A stretch of 62,955 nucleotides of DNA, filler included, from Reclinomonas americana ATCC 50394 (taxonomy: Eukaryota), in NCBI GenBank assembly GCA_048213135.1. It is 7 parts of 4 records of this genome, joined end to end, with 100 filler letters (N's around TTAATTAATTAA, not from the genome) between each part and the next. Parts side by side here need not be neighbours in the genome. Positions count along the whole stretch, not along the records: positions 1 to 10,138 come from PS015226.1; positions 10,239 to 29,394 come from PS015226.1; 5 more parts are not named here. One strand, written 5' to 3'. A program made the translations under genes and the position numbers. This document shows, piece after piece, positions 1 to 13,758 of the stretch; the stretch's first letter is position 1, and each line of letters opens with the position of its first letter. Under the pieces are notes generated by a model. That model did no database searches. It was not told where the DNA came from and worked only from the letters and a program-made list of their open reading frames with translations.

Positions 1-2417
1 CATGTCAACAGAACCGGATACGGGCGCCGCTGGTGTCACAGTCGTGATGATGCTGACGGACGTGGTCAGATCCGTCGCAATCTCAAACGACACTGTCACC
101 GATCCACCTCCATTGGCATTCACAACACCGTTGAGCAGGGCCGACAGGTACGTGATGCTGCTGGCTGGGGATGTCGTCGGCACTGGCGCAGTGAGCGTGG
201 TGAATGATTGCGGGAGACCGCGGACGACGCCGCCACCAACAGTGGCCACGATTCGGAAATAGTAATTGGTGCCGCCCGACAACGCAGCAACGGTGGCACT
301 GACGCTGACCGCAGCAACACCAGTGACAGGCGGCGGCGGAGCGACCATTGTCACCGTCGTCACTCCCGTCGACAGCGTACTGTCCGTGGACAACTCAAAC
401 GACGGCGTGACATCCTCGCCACCGGCGGCAGCAATTGTGCCGTTGAGCACCGCACTCAGGAATGTGACCGCGGAGGCCGCCAGCGTGACGGGCACAGGTG
501 CATTCAACGTCGTGAGTGCCTGTGGCGGCGCACTGGTCAGCGTCACGCCGGCCACCGTCGACAGCAGCCGGTAGTAGTACGTGGTGCTCGGCGCGAGTCC
601 AGTCACTGCGATGGACACATTCTGCATCGCCGAGCCGGAGAACGGCGGCGCGGGAGAGATGTTTGACAGGGTCGAGACGCCCGTGGACATGGTCATGTCG
701 GTGGCAATCTCAAACACCACAAGCGACGTCGCGCCACCATTCAGCAGCAACACAGCCTGCAAAAGTGCACTCTGAAACGTCACTAGCGACGGCGCCACCG
801 TCGTCAGCGACGGCACACCCAGCGTCTGCACCGACACAAAACTGCTGTCGACAACTGCGAGACCCATTGATACTCCCTCGATGCGGTAATAGTACACCGT
901 GTTGGGCGACAGGCCACTAATGGTGGCGGCAAGTGACGTGGGTCCCGCTGTAACATCGCCCGCCGGCGTGAGCGTCGTCACCACCGTGCCTGGAACGAAT
1001 GACATGTTGGTGGAGTACACGAAAACGAGCGCAGTGACTGGACCACCAACACCCGCCGTCACGACGGCGTTCAGTTGCGCACTCAGATGCGTCACGTCCG
1101 AGGCGGCTGCTGTGGTGATGGTCGGACCTACAAGCGTTGTAAACGATACCGGCGAGCCATTGGTGGTGACTGCGTTGGTGGTCAGAGCCACCGCCCGGTA
1201 CCAGTACGGTGTGCCTCCCTGCAGCGAGTCGACGCTGCCGGTGATGTTGGTGACGTCGCTGCTTGTCAGGAAACCGGCCGGTGACACCGCGGTAACAGTG
1301 ACGACACCCGAGCTGAATGTCATGTCTGGCGCCACCTCGAATGACACCGCCGTCACGTAATCGTTGGCGTTGACGGTGGCATGCAGAGTGGCGGAACGGA
1401 ATGTCAAGTCAGAGGCCGCCAGTGTGGTTGCCGTCGCGCCAGGCGGAGGACTGAGAGTGAGGAATGATGCAGGCGCGCTGGGAACCACTTCGCCGGCCAC
1501 AGAGGCAAGCAGTCGAAAGTAGTACGTGGTGGCATGAGCGAGTCCCGTCAACGACAGCGACACCGTACTGGTGCTGGGGCCAGTAAAGGGACCATCGGGA
1601 AGATTGACCATCACGGATCCGGCGAATGAGGGGTCGGTCGAATACTCAAACGCCACACTCACCGGATACAAGTCGTTGGCCGCAACATCACCGAAAACAG
1701 TGGCACTGTTGGTGGTGATCGACGACGACATATTGTTGTTGCACGTGGGCACATTCAGCGTCGTGAACGGCTCGACGGTGCTTCCCTGCACCAGTACGGT
1801 GCCTTGCAGGTCGGTGGCGTCCATGCGGTAATAATAGGTGGTCCCCGGCACGAGGCCCGTGAGAACCGCAGTCAGCGCCTGCGCACCGCTTCCATTGATC
1901 TGTCCGCTCGGATCGACCAGCGATTGCACCGAGGCACCCACCAGTGTCGGCAGTGTGCCCCACGTGAAGGCGCCGAGCACAGGAGATCCACCATTCGCGT
2001 CAACTGAACCGCGAACAGTCGCGAAAGAGAGGTGAGTGTCCACGCCGGGGGTCAGCGGTGTGGTGACGGCAATTGGGTCGGCAGCGGAGACTGTCAGCTG
2101 GCCTCCCGGGATCGGCACAAAGATGCCGCCCGAGAGGAAGCCCATGCATGCAATGTACGGCCCAGGCACAATGCCCGTCAGACCGCTGGCCGGAAACGTC
2201 ACCGTTTGCGAAGCTACCGGGCCACCGGCGTCGGTCATGCTGAGGCCCAGAACCATAAGCGACTGCGGTGAAGCTCCGGCCAGCGTGGGCGTGCAGACGT
2301 TGCCGGGTTCAAGAAGCAGCATGGTGATAGCTCCAGCAACGAGATTCGGTCCCGTTAGCACAATTGTAGACGTTGTGTCAGTGACGACATAGTAGGTTGG
2401 TGCGATGGACACGACGC
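1..2417 (-). repeat. Long exon with at least 6 tandem fibronectin-III-like repeats (~105 aa period)
   Basis: Recurring ATxxGxVxxN...FEY...LTGLxPxTTYYYR...FTT, with the YYYR-type motif near 1830, 1525, 1200, 895, 575 and 265. No intron is evident. Confidence 0.75.
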
Positions 2418-5400
2418 CTGCGTGTGGCGACGTGAGCGCACGACAGGAATAGAGTGGAGGAGATAATTGATGAGCAGCAGGCACGCGCACCAATGCTGCA
2501 ATCAGTGGCACCGGTGAACTCGGGCGCACACAAGCAGCTGCCGGTGCCATTAAAGCCGTCGTCACACACGCCTCCGTTTTCGCAGCTGCACAACGATGCG
2601 CATCCGGGTCCGTACGAGCCAGCCGTGCACTGTGCCGGGTGAATGAGCAGCGCGCGACAATACAGAGTAGGGTTATCGGCGAGGTAACGCAACATCAACC
2701 GTCAGCATGGTAGTCGTCGTCATGAATGTACCAACCGCACCCGCAACGTCGAAACACACGATAAAATCACCATAGTCGGTAGTCGATGCATGAATTGTAG
2801 AGGTCACGGTGTTTGGAGTGACAGTGGTAGCGGTTGCTATTGTGGACTGCGCAAATGTACAATCGGCTCCAGGTGCAGCGTCGACAAAAACAACGCTGTT
2901 GACAACGGCGCCTCTGTGTAGCCAAACAAGTCAACACTTGCTTCTCCATTCCTCCCCCGGTCCTGCTCCTTCTCCCTCCTTTCCCTATTTCCCTTAATCT
3001 TAACCTTCCTTCCTCTATTTCCTTCCCCCTCCTTCCCCCTCACTTCTCCTCACTTGCCCCCTCACTTCCCCTCCTTGTACATGCGCGTATTGCCACTGCG
3101 GAGGAGACGCAACTGCGGGCCGCCAATGTCGATCAAAAACGGTCCCACGCCAATGATAGAACTCGGAATCACCGAGTACGTGGCTGTCAGAAAACGAGCG
3201 ATGAGCGAACAACACTTGGGTAGCAAGGCAGCAGTCGGTGATGAGGCACACCCGACACTGTCAGCAAGCCGGGAACATCGAAAGCAGCGCCCACGCCGCC
3301 GAATCTGCACGCAATTCCATGAGCGCGACGACAGTTCCAATAATCTTCCCATCAACCACTCAACTTGATACACATCTTGTAGGTCGAGCTGATGCCAGTG
3401 ACAGTAATGGGCACTGTCAGTGACGTGCTGACTGTCGACGATACCGCACCGACTGCGAGCTGCGATGCGCGAAAGGTTCGTCAGCAGGCATATAGAGGCC
3501 GATAATAAACAACACGAGGGGCAGTACCGATGGGTCTGAGGCCACAGCTGTTGCGCAGGCGGCAGAGGAGTCAACGACGAGAATCGCATCGCTGGCTGAT
3601 AGACCGTTGCCAGCAATAACCACCGCGATGCTGGCGCCAATCAGCAGCGAGGAAGGTGCAAACGAATCAGCCGACTGCACATCGCCAACTCTTCAGTAAC
3701 AACGCAGGGGGAGAGCGCGATGAAGCAACACAGACTCGCCTCCGCAGTCAACACGCTTCCCGCAGTCACCGGGACAAAGGACGATGCAGTTGATGTTCTG
3801 TGCAGAACACAGATCCGTGTCAGCAAGGGAGCGCGCAAGATCGCCAGGAGACACGGACGGGGTAGAGAATCGAAACTGGATGCACACAATGTAGAGTCCA
3901 CCAGTGGAGATGGTGACAGGCACCTCCAAGCGAGTTGCAACAGGCAAGGTGAGTGCACCGACCGTCGTCGCACCCGAAGGCGGATCAGAGCAGGATCCGG
4001 GACTGGCGACGACTTTCACGGTGTCGCCCACTGCACAGCGATACGAGTAAGTCAGCAATTGAAAGGTGAGAAGCTGACATGTCACGCACCAGTGAGTCCA
4101 ACGCCGGTGATTGACACGGTGGTGGCAGCGTTGGCGGGTATGGCAGTTGGAGAGAATCCAGTGGCGCCTGCGGCCAGAATACAGAGATGTCACGACGCAC
4201 AATCCACAGTTGTATTTGCTCTTATTTCCAAACCTTGCACCGCAATCGTGCTGTTGACCACAGGCTGGAAGCCCGACGTGCCGCCGTACGAGATACAGAG
4301 CGACACTGTCGTCGGCACCGTGGCCACAAGCTGCAACGTGAGTGCGTTGGGCACGCCAGCCGCGCTGTTGAGGCTCGACGACACAGTGGTGACAGCGCTG
4401 TCGACAGCACAGTTGTCTGACGGACGGATAATCTTGAACGTATCAAAGGCTGCGCGACCAAACGAAGCATAAGATGCTGGCAAGTGGGAAAAAACAGTGC
4501 AAACGATCAGCACACCGCTGAGAGCCGCTCCGCTGACCACCACCAAGCTGGCGGATTGGTTGGGAATCAGCAGCGTGTCGACGCCAAATGTGCCTGTGGC
4601 ATGGAAATGAACAAAAAGTGTCTCCGCGTGCTGAATTCACAGCATGTACGCACCTCGCACGGCAATGGTTCGTGCACTGACATTGTCCATGTAAAACGCC
4701 GCAGCACCGGAAAATCTGCAGCTCGATCGTAGCGGGTGGGTGACATGTTATGATGGGAGGATCAATACTCTTCAAGCAGACAACACACCGAATGCACACC
4801 ACATAGTCGCCCGGTGTGACTGACAGTTGCGGAAGCACACTGAACGACAGGGTTGTCGATGCTGCGCCGCCAACTGTCTTGGTGCTTCCGATGGAAAACG
4901 CGGCAAGTGTCGATGCGCTGCACGGATCGCTGGCCGCGTGGATCGTGATGACATCGTTGGCGGAGAAGCCAAAGCCAGTCAGCATCAGTGTCTGAACGGA
5001 GCCGGGCACCAAGGCTGTCGGAGTTGCAGCAGTCACACTCTGCACGGAAATGTCGCCAATCGCAAACGACGTGGTGGCTGGTTGCGAGCCGAATCTGAAA
5101 ACAACAACAATGACACCACCGTGAGACGGACGCGTAGAGCAATCAAGGCACGTGCGTCATCCCATGATATACTCCGACGCAACTGGTAGCAGACAAGGAA
5201 TCTCCCGCTGACGGAGCCCGACACAGTGAACTGTGCGGAGACAGCGTTGAGCACGGTCACCGACGATACGGTGGCGGTGGCCAGTGGCGGATCGGAGGTG
5301 CACGAGCCGCCAAGAGCCACCAGCTTGACGACATCAGACGTCGATGCACCAGCCACCGTCACCGTAACTGTGAGTGAGAGAGACAAATATTCAAAGTCAG

Positions 5401-7955
5401 GCAGACGACGGTGGGCGCAGAGCACACGCTCAACTCAGACACACCAGTGGTGGCCACGTTGCGAGCCACTGAGGTTACATCAAATGCGGTCGTGGCCTGC
5501 ACTGCCAAGCTGCCGGCAGTCACCGGAAAGAAGTTGCCTGCGCCGCCGTACTGGATGCACAGAAAGTACACACCGAATGTGCTGCCGGTAACCGTTGTGG
5601 AAATCTCGGTGTTCATCGTCGAAGAGATGGCGCCGAGGGACACGATTGCTCCGCCGACGGCGGCGTTTGTCTGACAGTCGATGGACGCGGACATGATCAC
5701 GAGTTTGAGCACGTCGGAGGCGGCGAGTCTGCAAGCACAGAGCAGCGGTGAGTGGCGTGACGGCGAATGGAGTGTCAAGGCGGATGCACACAACGATACG
5801 CCAGAGACCACCAGCGGAGTGGCGGCGGCGGCCACCACCGCAGTGGGATTGATGGAGAGAGTACCTGTGTAGCATTTTCAGGACAGCAGTGACAGCTCGA
5901 GAACAAGAGTAATACGCACCGCGCACGGTGAGAGTGCCACCGGCAACGGCCTCGAACGTCGACACGCCGCCATATGATATGCACCATGTGTACGAGTCTG
6001 CTACCTGCACCGTGACCGACACCGTAATCGAGTTCGGCACGCTCGCCGTGGAGCTCACAGAGACTGTGGCCAGCGCAGAGCCGGTGGTGACAGCACATGA
6101 GCCGGCAATGGGAATGAGTTTGAAAGTGTCCGCGGCTGCTCGATTACTGTGGTGTGAGAGCACAGCGTGAGTCAAGTCACCAGCAAGCTGACCTCACCTC
6201 CGAGGCCGGCGCCGCTAACCACCACCGACGATGGCACAGTGGCGACAATGGTGGATGGTATTGCGCTTGTTGTCCCGCGCAAGACGAACGAAGGAGTCGG
6301 AGTGTAATACGTCGCCTGGTTCTGGAATCTACAGGTGATCGTGTCAACAACACACTCCTTCCATATCTCCGCCCACACGCGCGGCGGAGGGCACGTACCG
6401 GACACACACATTGTATGTGCCAATGGGAGCGACGCCCGTGGTGGACACGCTGACCGTGGACGTGGTCTGCGTGCCATTGACAGTCGGTGCACTGACCGAC
6501 ACGCCGGTGGTAGACAACGGGCCGCACGGATCACTGGCCCTCACGACGGTGATTTCATCCGTGGCCGACAGACCAAAGCCAGAGATGATAATCGACGTCG
6601 GCACAGTCGGCACGAGCAACGTCGGTGTGACGCCAGTGATTGACTGCACGGAAAGGAATCCAACACTTGTTGTGTCGACGGCAGCTTGCGCCGTGAACCT
6701 GCAAGGGGGGGCGGGTCAAGATGTGAGTGCAATGGGAAGCAGGGAATGCGTGAGATGATAAGGCACGCAACATGTAGCACACTTGAAAGCGACCGGCTGT
6801 GGTTCCAGTGAGCGCAAAACTGACAGACGATGAAGCCGAGGCGGTGACTGTGAATGCGTTGAATACGCCGAGGGTGGGGTCGGTGGCACACGAGCCGCCA
6901 GAAGAGATGATCTTGACCGTATCCGTGCTGCGTGCACCGAGCGCCGGTATCGTGACTGCCAGATAGAAGATGACATGCGTGTCACAAAGATGGTGTCAAG
7001 GGAAAGCTCGTGCACCGATGGTCGACAACGAAACTGTTGGCTGACACGCCGATGGGAATGGCGACGGGTGACAATGCACTGGCACCCTGCACGATAAAGG
7101 TGCCATTGACAACGGCGAAGCGGCTTCCGGTGCCGCCAAACTGAATGCAGGTGAGAAAAATGCCAAATGCATTGCCAATTGTCGGCAACGTGATCTTCGT
7201 CGATCCCATGAGCGTGCTGGCGGCAAGTGTCACCGATCCCGCAACAGGGTCTGTCTGGCAGTTGGGCGTCGACGTGGCCACCACAATGCTCAGCACGTCG
7301 GAGGAACTCAGACTGCACGCAGCGTGTTGCGATCGTGAGTCACAACGTGCGTCACAGGACAGAATCGCGGAAACACACCCGGCGCCAGTAATGGAGATTG
7401 TTGAGCTCGCACCGAGAGTGATCACCGGAGGCGAGAAGCCGGTGGTGCCTGGCGGTACTCTCATGTTGAGACAACGACCACAAACAATCAAAATCGAAAG
7501 GAGGACCGCACCTTGCACGACCAATGTGCCAGCGGTAACTGCAGCATAGGGAAGCACACCGCCGTAGGCGATGCACACGAGAAATGTGCCAGGACTGCTG
7601 CCCGTCACGGTGAGCGCGATAGAGCTCGGCACCGAGGCAGTTGACGAGACTGGCGATGTGATGCTGCCGACTTGCGAGTCGGTGGTGCAGCTGCCGGTCG
7701 ACGACACCATTTTGAAGAGGTCCGCGACTGCCGCAAAGGAGAAGGGCTCAGGGCAGAGGGGAAGGAGGGGAAGAAAGGGGGGAAGAAAGGGGGAAGGAAG
7801 GGGGAAGGAGGGAGGGGAGATAGAGAGGGAAAGAGAGGGAAAGAGAGGGAAAGAGAGGGAAAGAGAGGGAAAGAGAGGGAAAGAGAGTGAGAGACTGGAA
7901 TCAAGAAAGGCGGGCAGACAGACAAGCAGCCAGGCAGACTGGCAGCCAGGCAGGC

Positions 7956-8023
<68 letters not shown>

Positions 8024-8294
8024 GACGACGACGACGTACGTACGACGTACGTACGTACGTACGTACGTACGTACGTACGTCGGTCGGTACGGTACGGTAC
8101 GGTACGGTACGGTACGGTACGGTAGGTACGGTAGTCGTCGGTCGTCGTCGTCGTCGCGTACGACGTACGGTACGTANNNNNNNNNNNNNNNNNNNNGTAG
8201 CGAGCGTCGCCGTCCCGTTCGTAACGAAGAATAGTCGAGTCGTTCGGTCGTCGCGTCGTACGGACCGAACGGACGAGTAGTACGGTACGACGAC

Positions 8295-8331
<37 letters not shown>

Positions 8332-11300
8332 AAACGCACCGCTAAGTGCTGCGCCGTTCACAGTCATCGTGGTGGCCGTTGACACGGGTACGACTGTTGG
8401 AGTGATGCCCGTGGTTCCTGCGCCACGAATGCGGTGTAAGAAAGGCACGCATCACATGCTTGCGAGAAAGCTAAGTGCTCACACGCACCGCGAACGGCAA
8501 ACTGGACCGAGATGCCGCCTGGTATGGTGTAGAAACTGCTGGCAGTGGAAAAACTGCAGCGGCGGGATTCAGCAGACGCACGCATGAAACGGAGTGCAAG
8601 TCTGTGACGCACGTGATGCAAACCACATAGTTGCCGGTGCTGGACGCAATCGGCGTGACAACAAACGTCAGCTGCGTGCTTGTGGGGTTGGCAGCCAGCG
8701 AGCTCACTGTGATGCCAGCCACAGGCATGGTGCTGCACGGAGTCGCCAATGGCTGCACAGCGATAACGTCCGCATTCGAGAAGCCATATCCGGTCAGCGT
8801 CATGGTGCCGCCGGTTGGTGGCACAAGGACGGTTGGCGACAAGTTGGACGACAGTCCTTGCGCCGAGATGACGCCCACATTGAAAGAGTCCGCGCCGGCT
8901 GTTCCCGTGAATCTGCAGACGAGTTTTGATGAGAGGGTGGGAAGAATGAAAGAAAAGAAAGAGTGTCGCGACCACGAAACTGGTAACACAAGTTGTATCG
9001 ATTCATGGTGTTGGCCGTCACGTTGACAGAGTACGCAGAGGCCGACGTGGAGGGTGCAGCCACGGTGGTGCCGCCAGCAGCACCCATGACACACGCATCG
9101 GTTATTGGCACGAGCTTCACCATGTCGGATGCTTGAGCTCCAATCACCGCCACAGACACTGCAGAGGCGATAAGAGTGTGTGCATGTTTGCATACAAGCA
9201 CTCATTTGCGCAGATACCATTCATGGCCAGGGCCGCCGGAATGGTTGCGGGCGTGATGCTACTCTGGCCAGTCACGAAAAAGGTTCCGGCGGTCACCGGG
9301 TACGTGCTCCCGGTGTTGCCGAAGCGAATGCACATCACGTATGCACCGACCACCGTCGATGTCATGGACATGGTGAGATTCGTGGATGTGCCGCCGGGCG
9401 AGCTGAACGAAAAGCCAGTAGCCTGCGCTGTGTTGACGCAGTCGGGCGACGATGTGAACGGAATGCTTTTCAGCACATCGGCCGTGGTCAGGCTGGAGAG
9501 CACAGGGGGTGAGAGACGAGGGGGGAAGCAATGGAAGCACACGCGCTTGTAGGTACTCACGCGATACCGCTGACAGTCACTGTGGTGCTGACGCCGGCAG
9601 AGATCTTGGTGGGACTGAAACTCGTCGTTCCTGTGAGGTGGGCGACAATGTGAGCGAGAGTCAGCGCGCCAGCACGTGCATCAGCCCCCACACACTCGCC
9701 TCGCACAGACAGTGTGGCTCCGCCGGTGACGGCGTATGGAACCATGGTGCCCATTCTGTGTGTGAGAGAACCCATCGTGTCACTAATCTTACGCTACAAT
9801 CGATGACAATCCTGGCCAGCCCGCCCGCAACTTGACGCAAACAGTGAACACGGCCACCGAAGTCGGCACCAGCGTGAACTGCTCGAGAGTACTGGTGTGA
9901 CTCGTGAGTGTGAGCATGGTGATGCTCACGTCGGAGGCAGAGGCCGCGTCACACGAAGCCGCGCTGGGAATAATGTACAAAGTGTCGACGCCGAGCGTGC
10001 CGAGACCGTTGCCGGAGATGGCAATTGTGCTCAAGGCGTTGACGAGAATCACGGAGGGAGACAGACCGGTTGCGCCCCTGTTTGTGCAGAGAGAGAGGGA
10101 GAGGGAGAGGGAGGGAGAGGACGAGAAGGAAGAGGGAGNNNNNNNNNNNNNNNNNNNNNNNNNNNNNNNNNNNNNNNNNNNNTTAATTAATTAANNNNNN
10201 NNNNNNNNNNNNNNNNNNNNNNNNNNNNNNNNNNNNNNGCCAATGACGACGCCGCTTGGTGCGCTGTCTGTGCATACACCAGCGCTACCAATGGCCTTGA
10301 TGACGTCTCTGTCGGAGCAAGAGGTGGGAGAGGAAGGAAGGGGGAGTGAGAGAGAGAGGGGGAGCAAAGTCAAAATCGATATCGCAAAGTTGTGAGTGAG
10401 ACGCGCGCGGTGCACGCACAATGATGATAGCCCCCAGCCCTGGACCGTGACACTTGTTTGAACGTTCGCCTGTGTGAGTGCAAGCAGCACGGAGAAGCCC
10501 GTGAGCAAAGAAAGCAAATGATTGTGATGCACGATATCGATATCGGAAGCGCACGCACCACAATCATACTCGGCGTGATGTTTCTTGTTCCTGTGCGAAC
10601 CCACAAGAAGGTGGGAGTGAGTGAGCTGTCGGCTCCATGGTCAGAGACACAACCACAGACCTCGAACGGCGAGAAAGGTGTCGGCCACAATACCGGCCAC
10701 ACAAACATTGTACTCGCCGGGCACGGAGCTGGTGGTGGCCGTGAATGTGATGGAGAAGCGTTGCGCATCAACTACCGTCACGCTCCCTGTGTACGCAAAG
10801 GCTATGAGTGAGAGCGACGAAGCCGAGAACGCAGCGCAGCGGTGCAAGTCACCTTGTGTGATGAATGAGACACACGGTCCACAGGTGGCCGCCGTGCGCT
10901 GCGTGACGACGCACACCGGTGTCGATGTCGTGTACCCAATGTACTTGATCGTAGCCGTCGCGGTGGAGCCTCCAGGGGTGACCGCCTTGCGTGTGGAGCT
11001 CGAGAGAGTGAGCGCAGAAAGAGAGTGGACGATTCTTTGTGTTTGACGCGACACACGCGGAGGTCGGGAAGGGGAGAGAATGAGTGTAGGAGAGGGTGAT
11101 ATCGGCAGCGTAGGTAAGGGAGGGGGCGAGATGACAAGGACACTGGGAAGACGCAGCGCATGCATATTCGAACACTCGAACACTGAAGTTTGTGTGTGTC
11201 TCACCGTTGGTGACATTTCGACGGTGGCCAGAGGCTGCGCGAGAGAGACGCACATTCATTCAGATCATCAACGGTGAACGGTGGCAGTGGCAGATGCAGC

Positions 11301-12205
11301 ACACTCGCCACACGCAACATGATATCGGCGCCTTGCTGCCCCGGCCACTGTTTTGAGACAAGGAATCAGACGGCGGCGGTGAGGGAAAACGTGGAAAGCA
11401 CGCTGCCTCTGTCAACGCGGCGTGACGGGGAAAGAGAAAGCAAGACCATGTACTTCAGCGCACTAACTTCTTTCGTTCATAGTGTGACAAGAAACACAGA
11501 TGCGCACAACGATCGAACACTACATATGTATGATGGTCGTGATCGCCCGCGCGATTCAGAGTTTGGCGACCACACGCAGACCAACGTAAATGCATAGGGT
11601 GGGATTGTCTCGTCTGTGCGTGCGAGCGTGAGTGGGTGATCATGAGGAGAGCGTGAGTGTCATTTGCGCCTCTCCCTTCACGCTGCGCGCAACCGCTGCG
11701 TACACACGTTCGTGCTGGCCATGGGCAAAACTGACACACGGTGGAACCCGCTTCTCTTGTCTCACTTATCACTCTCGAGCTCTGCCCTCTCACTCGCATG
11801 CACGGCGACAGAGAGAAGAATCGAGTGCAGACAGGTGTCCCTGCTGGCACACGGAGCGCAACAGGCGGCCATGTCGCTGGCGTGTCCGCATTCTCACACT
11901 CACTCTCCCACACACCTTGCGCATCCCACACCAGCGCGTCGTCCGCACGCGACGGCACATGTGTGATGGAGTCATCTGTGGCACCAGCGAACACCGACGA
12001 GGGCGCCATCAACTGCGCGGCGTCAACAGTGCGCGCGGGTTACTTTGGTGGCCATGGCCATGGAGCGCACGTGTGACGTGGACGACAACGACGCAACGAC
12101 AATCGCAATGAGAGTGCATAGGGTTACACAGGCAACTGAAAACAACAGTGTTGAGGGCGCTGGAGCACGGCAACAACGACTGAAACAGTGTCGCCTCCCC
12201 AACAT
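1..12205 (-). CDS. Giant multi-exon secreted/cell-surface protein: hydrophobic N-terminus, many ~110-aa S/T/V-rich beta repeats (IPT/TIG-like, 'Y/F-x-VC' motif), one EGF-like module, FN3-like array; 3' end outside window
   Basis: GT-AG exons join in frame, e.g. GRFQVCY|MFTAQ, FLVCYQ|FGSQ and VD|CTAGSYGPGCASLCSCENGGVCDDGFNGTGSCLC. Putative first exon is MLGRR...LLFSVACVTLCTLIAIVVASL from 12205. The same repeat type continues across the 10183 linker. Start and several exons are approximate. Confidence 0.75.
10183..10194. other. Artificial scaffold linker TTAATTAATTAA (also at 29439, 43213, 50510, 57708, 61111)
   Basis: Identical all-frame stop linker flanked by N runs, present six times. Confidence 0.97.
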
Positions 12206-12986
12206 GTTCGCAAAAGTGATTAGGGGGCGCGAGCAATGCGCATGCTTCCGGTATCTGTTTTTGGATGTTTGTAAAGCTGCCTCCGCATGCATGTGCCTGT
12301 GAGACTTATGGCTAATCTTTGATTGTGAATTCGCGTGCTTCTTCTGATCATGGAAAAAGGAAAGGTCGCTCGTTACGAATTCGAAATGCGCCATGGCCAC
12401 GAAGTCCTTGATACAATTGGGTTGGCTTTGCCTCATGAAAGGGCAGATGGCTGTTGGGGGATATAGTTATTGTTTTTTATAACATGCCATAATAACTGTC
12501 GGCAAGGGACAATTGTCGAGCTTCGACGTGAACGATCAGAGTCAACACAAGGACGGGAGTTCACTTGATTTCTTTTCGAGCCTCGGTTAATTTAAAGCAA
12601 GACACGAGCGAGAGAGGCACAAGCTTCCAATAGTGAAGATAGTGCAAAAGCAGATAACGTAGAAGCCAAAACGACCGCAGTCGCCGTGACCAGTAATGCC
12701 AATGGCCGCACGTAGCACACCACCATCGAGGAAAACGCAGGGAGGAGAGAGGAGAGAGAATGAAGATTCACGATCCAGCGCTCAGCTCCGGAAGCAATGC
12801 TCTCATGATCATGCAGGCGAACATGCTCCAGATAATGACGGTGCCACCACATGCCTTTGCATAACTCACACAGCTTTTCGTATTAGCATGGATCTGGGCT
12901 CATTCGGGCGGGGGCAAGCAACTTGCCTCATGCGATCTCGCAAGCGTGTCCTCCGCTGCGACTCATTTGGACACTCGCACAAGTAC

Positions 12987-13720
12987 ATGCGATCTCTCAA
13001 TTCGCTCACTGCGCTCTCACTGGCATTGATCCTGTGCTTGAGCTTGCTCGCCACCAGTGCCACATGCATCAAGGTCAGCCGCAGAGGATACACACACACA
13101 CACTCACTCTCTCACTCACTCACTCACACACTCACTCGCACACTCACTCACTCACTCACTCTCTCTCTCTGTCTGTCTCTCACTGTCAGGTCGACCCCTC
13201 TCGNNNNNNNNNNNNNNNNNNNNNNNNNNNNNNNNNNNNNNNNNNNNNNNNNNNNNNNNNNNNNNNNNNNNNNNNNNNNNNNNNNNNNNNNNNNNNNNNN
13301 NNNNNNNNNNNNNNNNNNNNNNNNNNNNNNNNNNNNNNNNNNNNNNNNNNNNNNNNNNNNNNNNNNNNNNNNNNNNNNNNNNNNNNNNNNNNNNNNNNNN
13401 NNNNNNNNNNNNNNNNNNNNNNNNNNNNNNNNNNNNNNNNNNNNNNNNNNNNNNNNNNNNNNNNNNNNNNNNNNNNNNNNNNNNNNNNNNNNNNNNNNNN
13501 NNNNNNNNNNNNNNNNNNNNNNNNNNNNNNNNNNNNNNNNNNNNNNNNNNNNNNNNNNNNNNNNNNNNNNNNNNNNNNNNNNNNNNNNNNNNNNNNNNNN
13601 NNNNNNNNNNNNNNNNNNNNNNNNNNNNNNNNNNNNNNNNNNNNNNNNNNNNTCTCCTTCTTCTTCTTCTTCTTCTTCTTCTTTTTGTTATTCTTCTTCT
13701 TCTTCTTCTTGTTCTTGTTC

Positions 13721-13758
<38 letters not shown>

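Noticed and set aside
2-2392. Plus-strand ORFs over the FN3 exon and antisense ORFs over the WD40 genes
   Set aside because: Shadow ORFs of GC-rich coding sequence on the opposite strand.
8020-8300. (TACG)n/(GTAC)n arrays beside (AG)n tracts (also 14471-14550, 36670-36775)
   Set aside because: They always lie at contig ends after microsatellites and match the TACG pyrosequencing flow order, so they are read-end noise.
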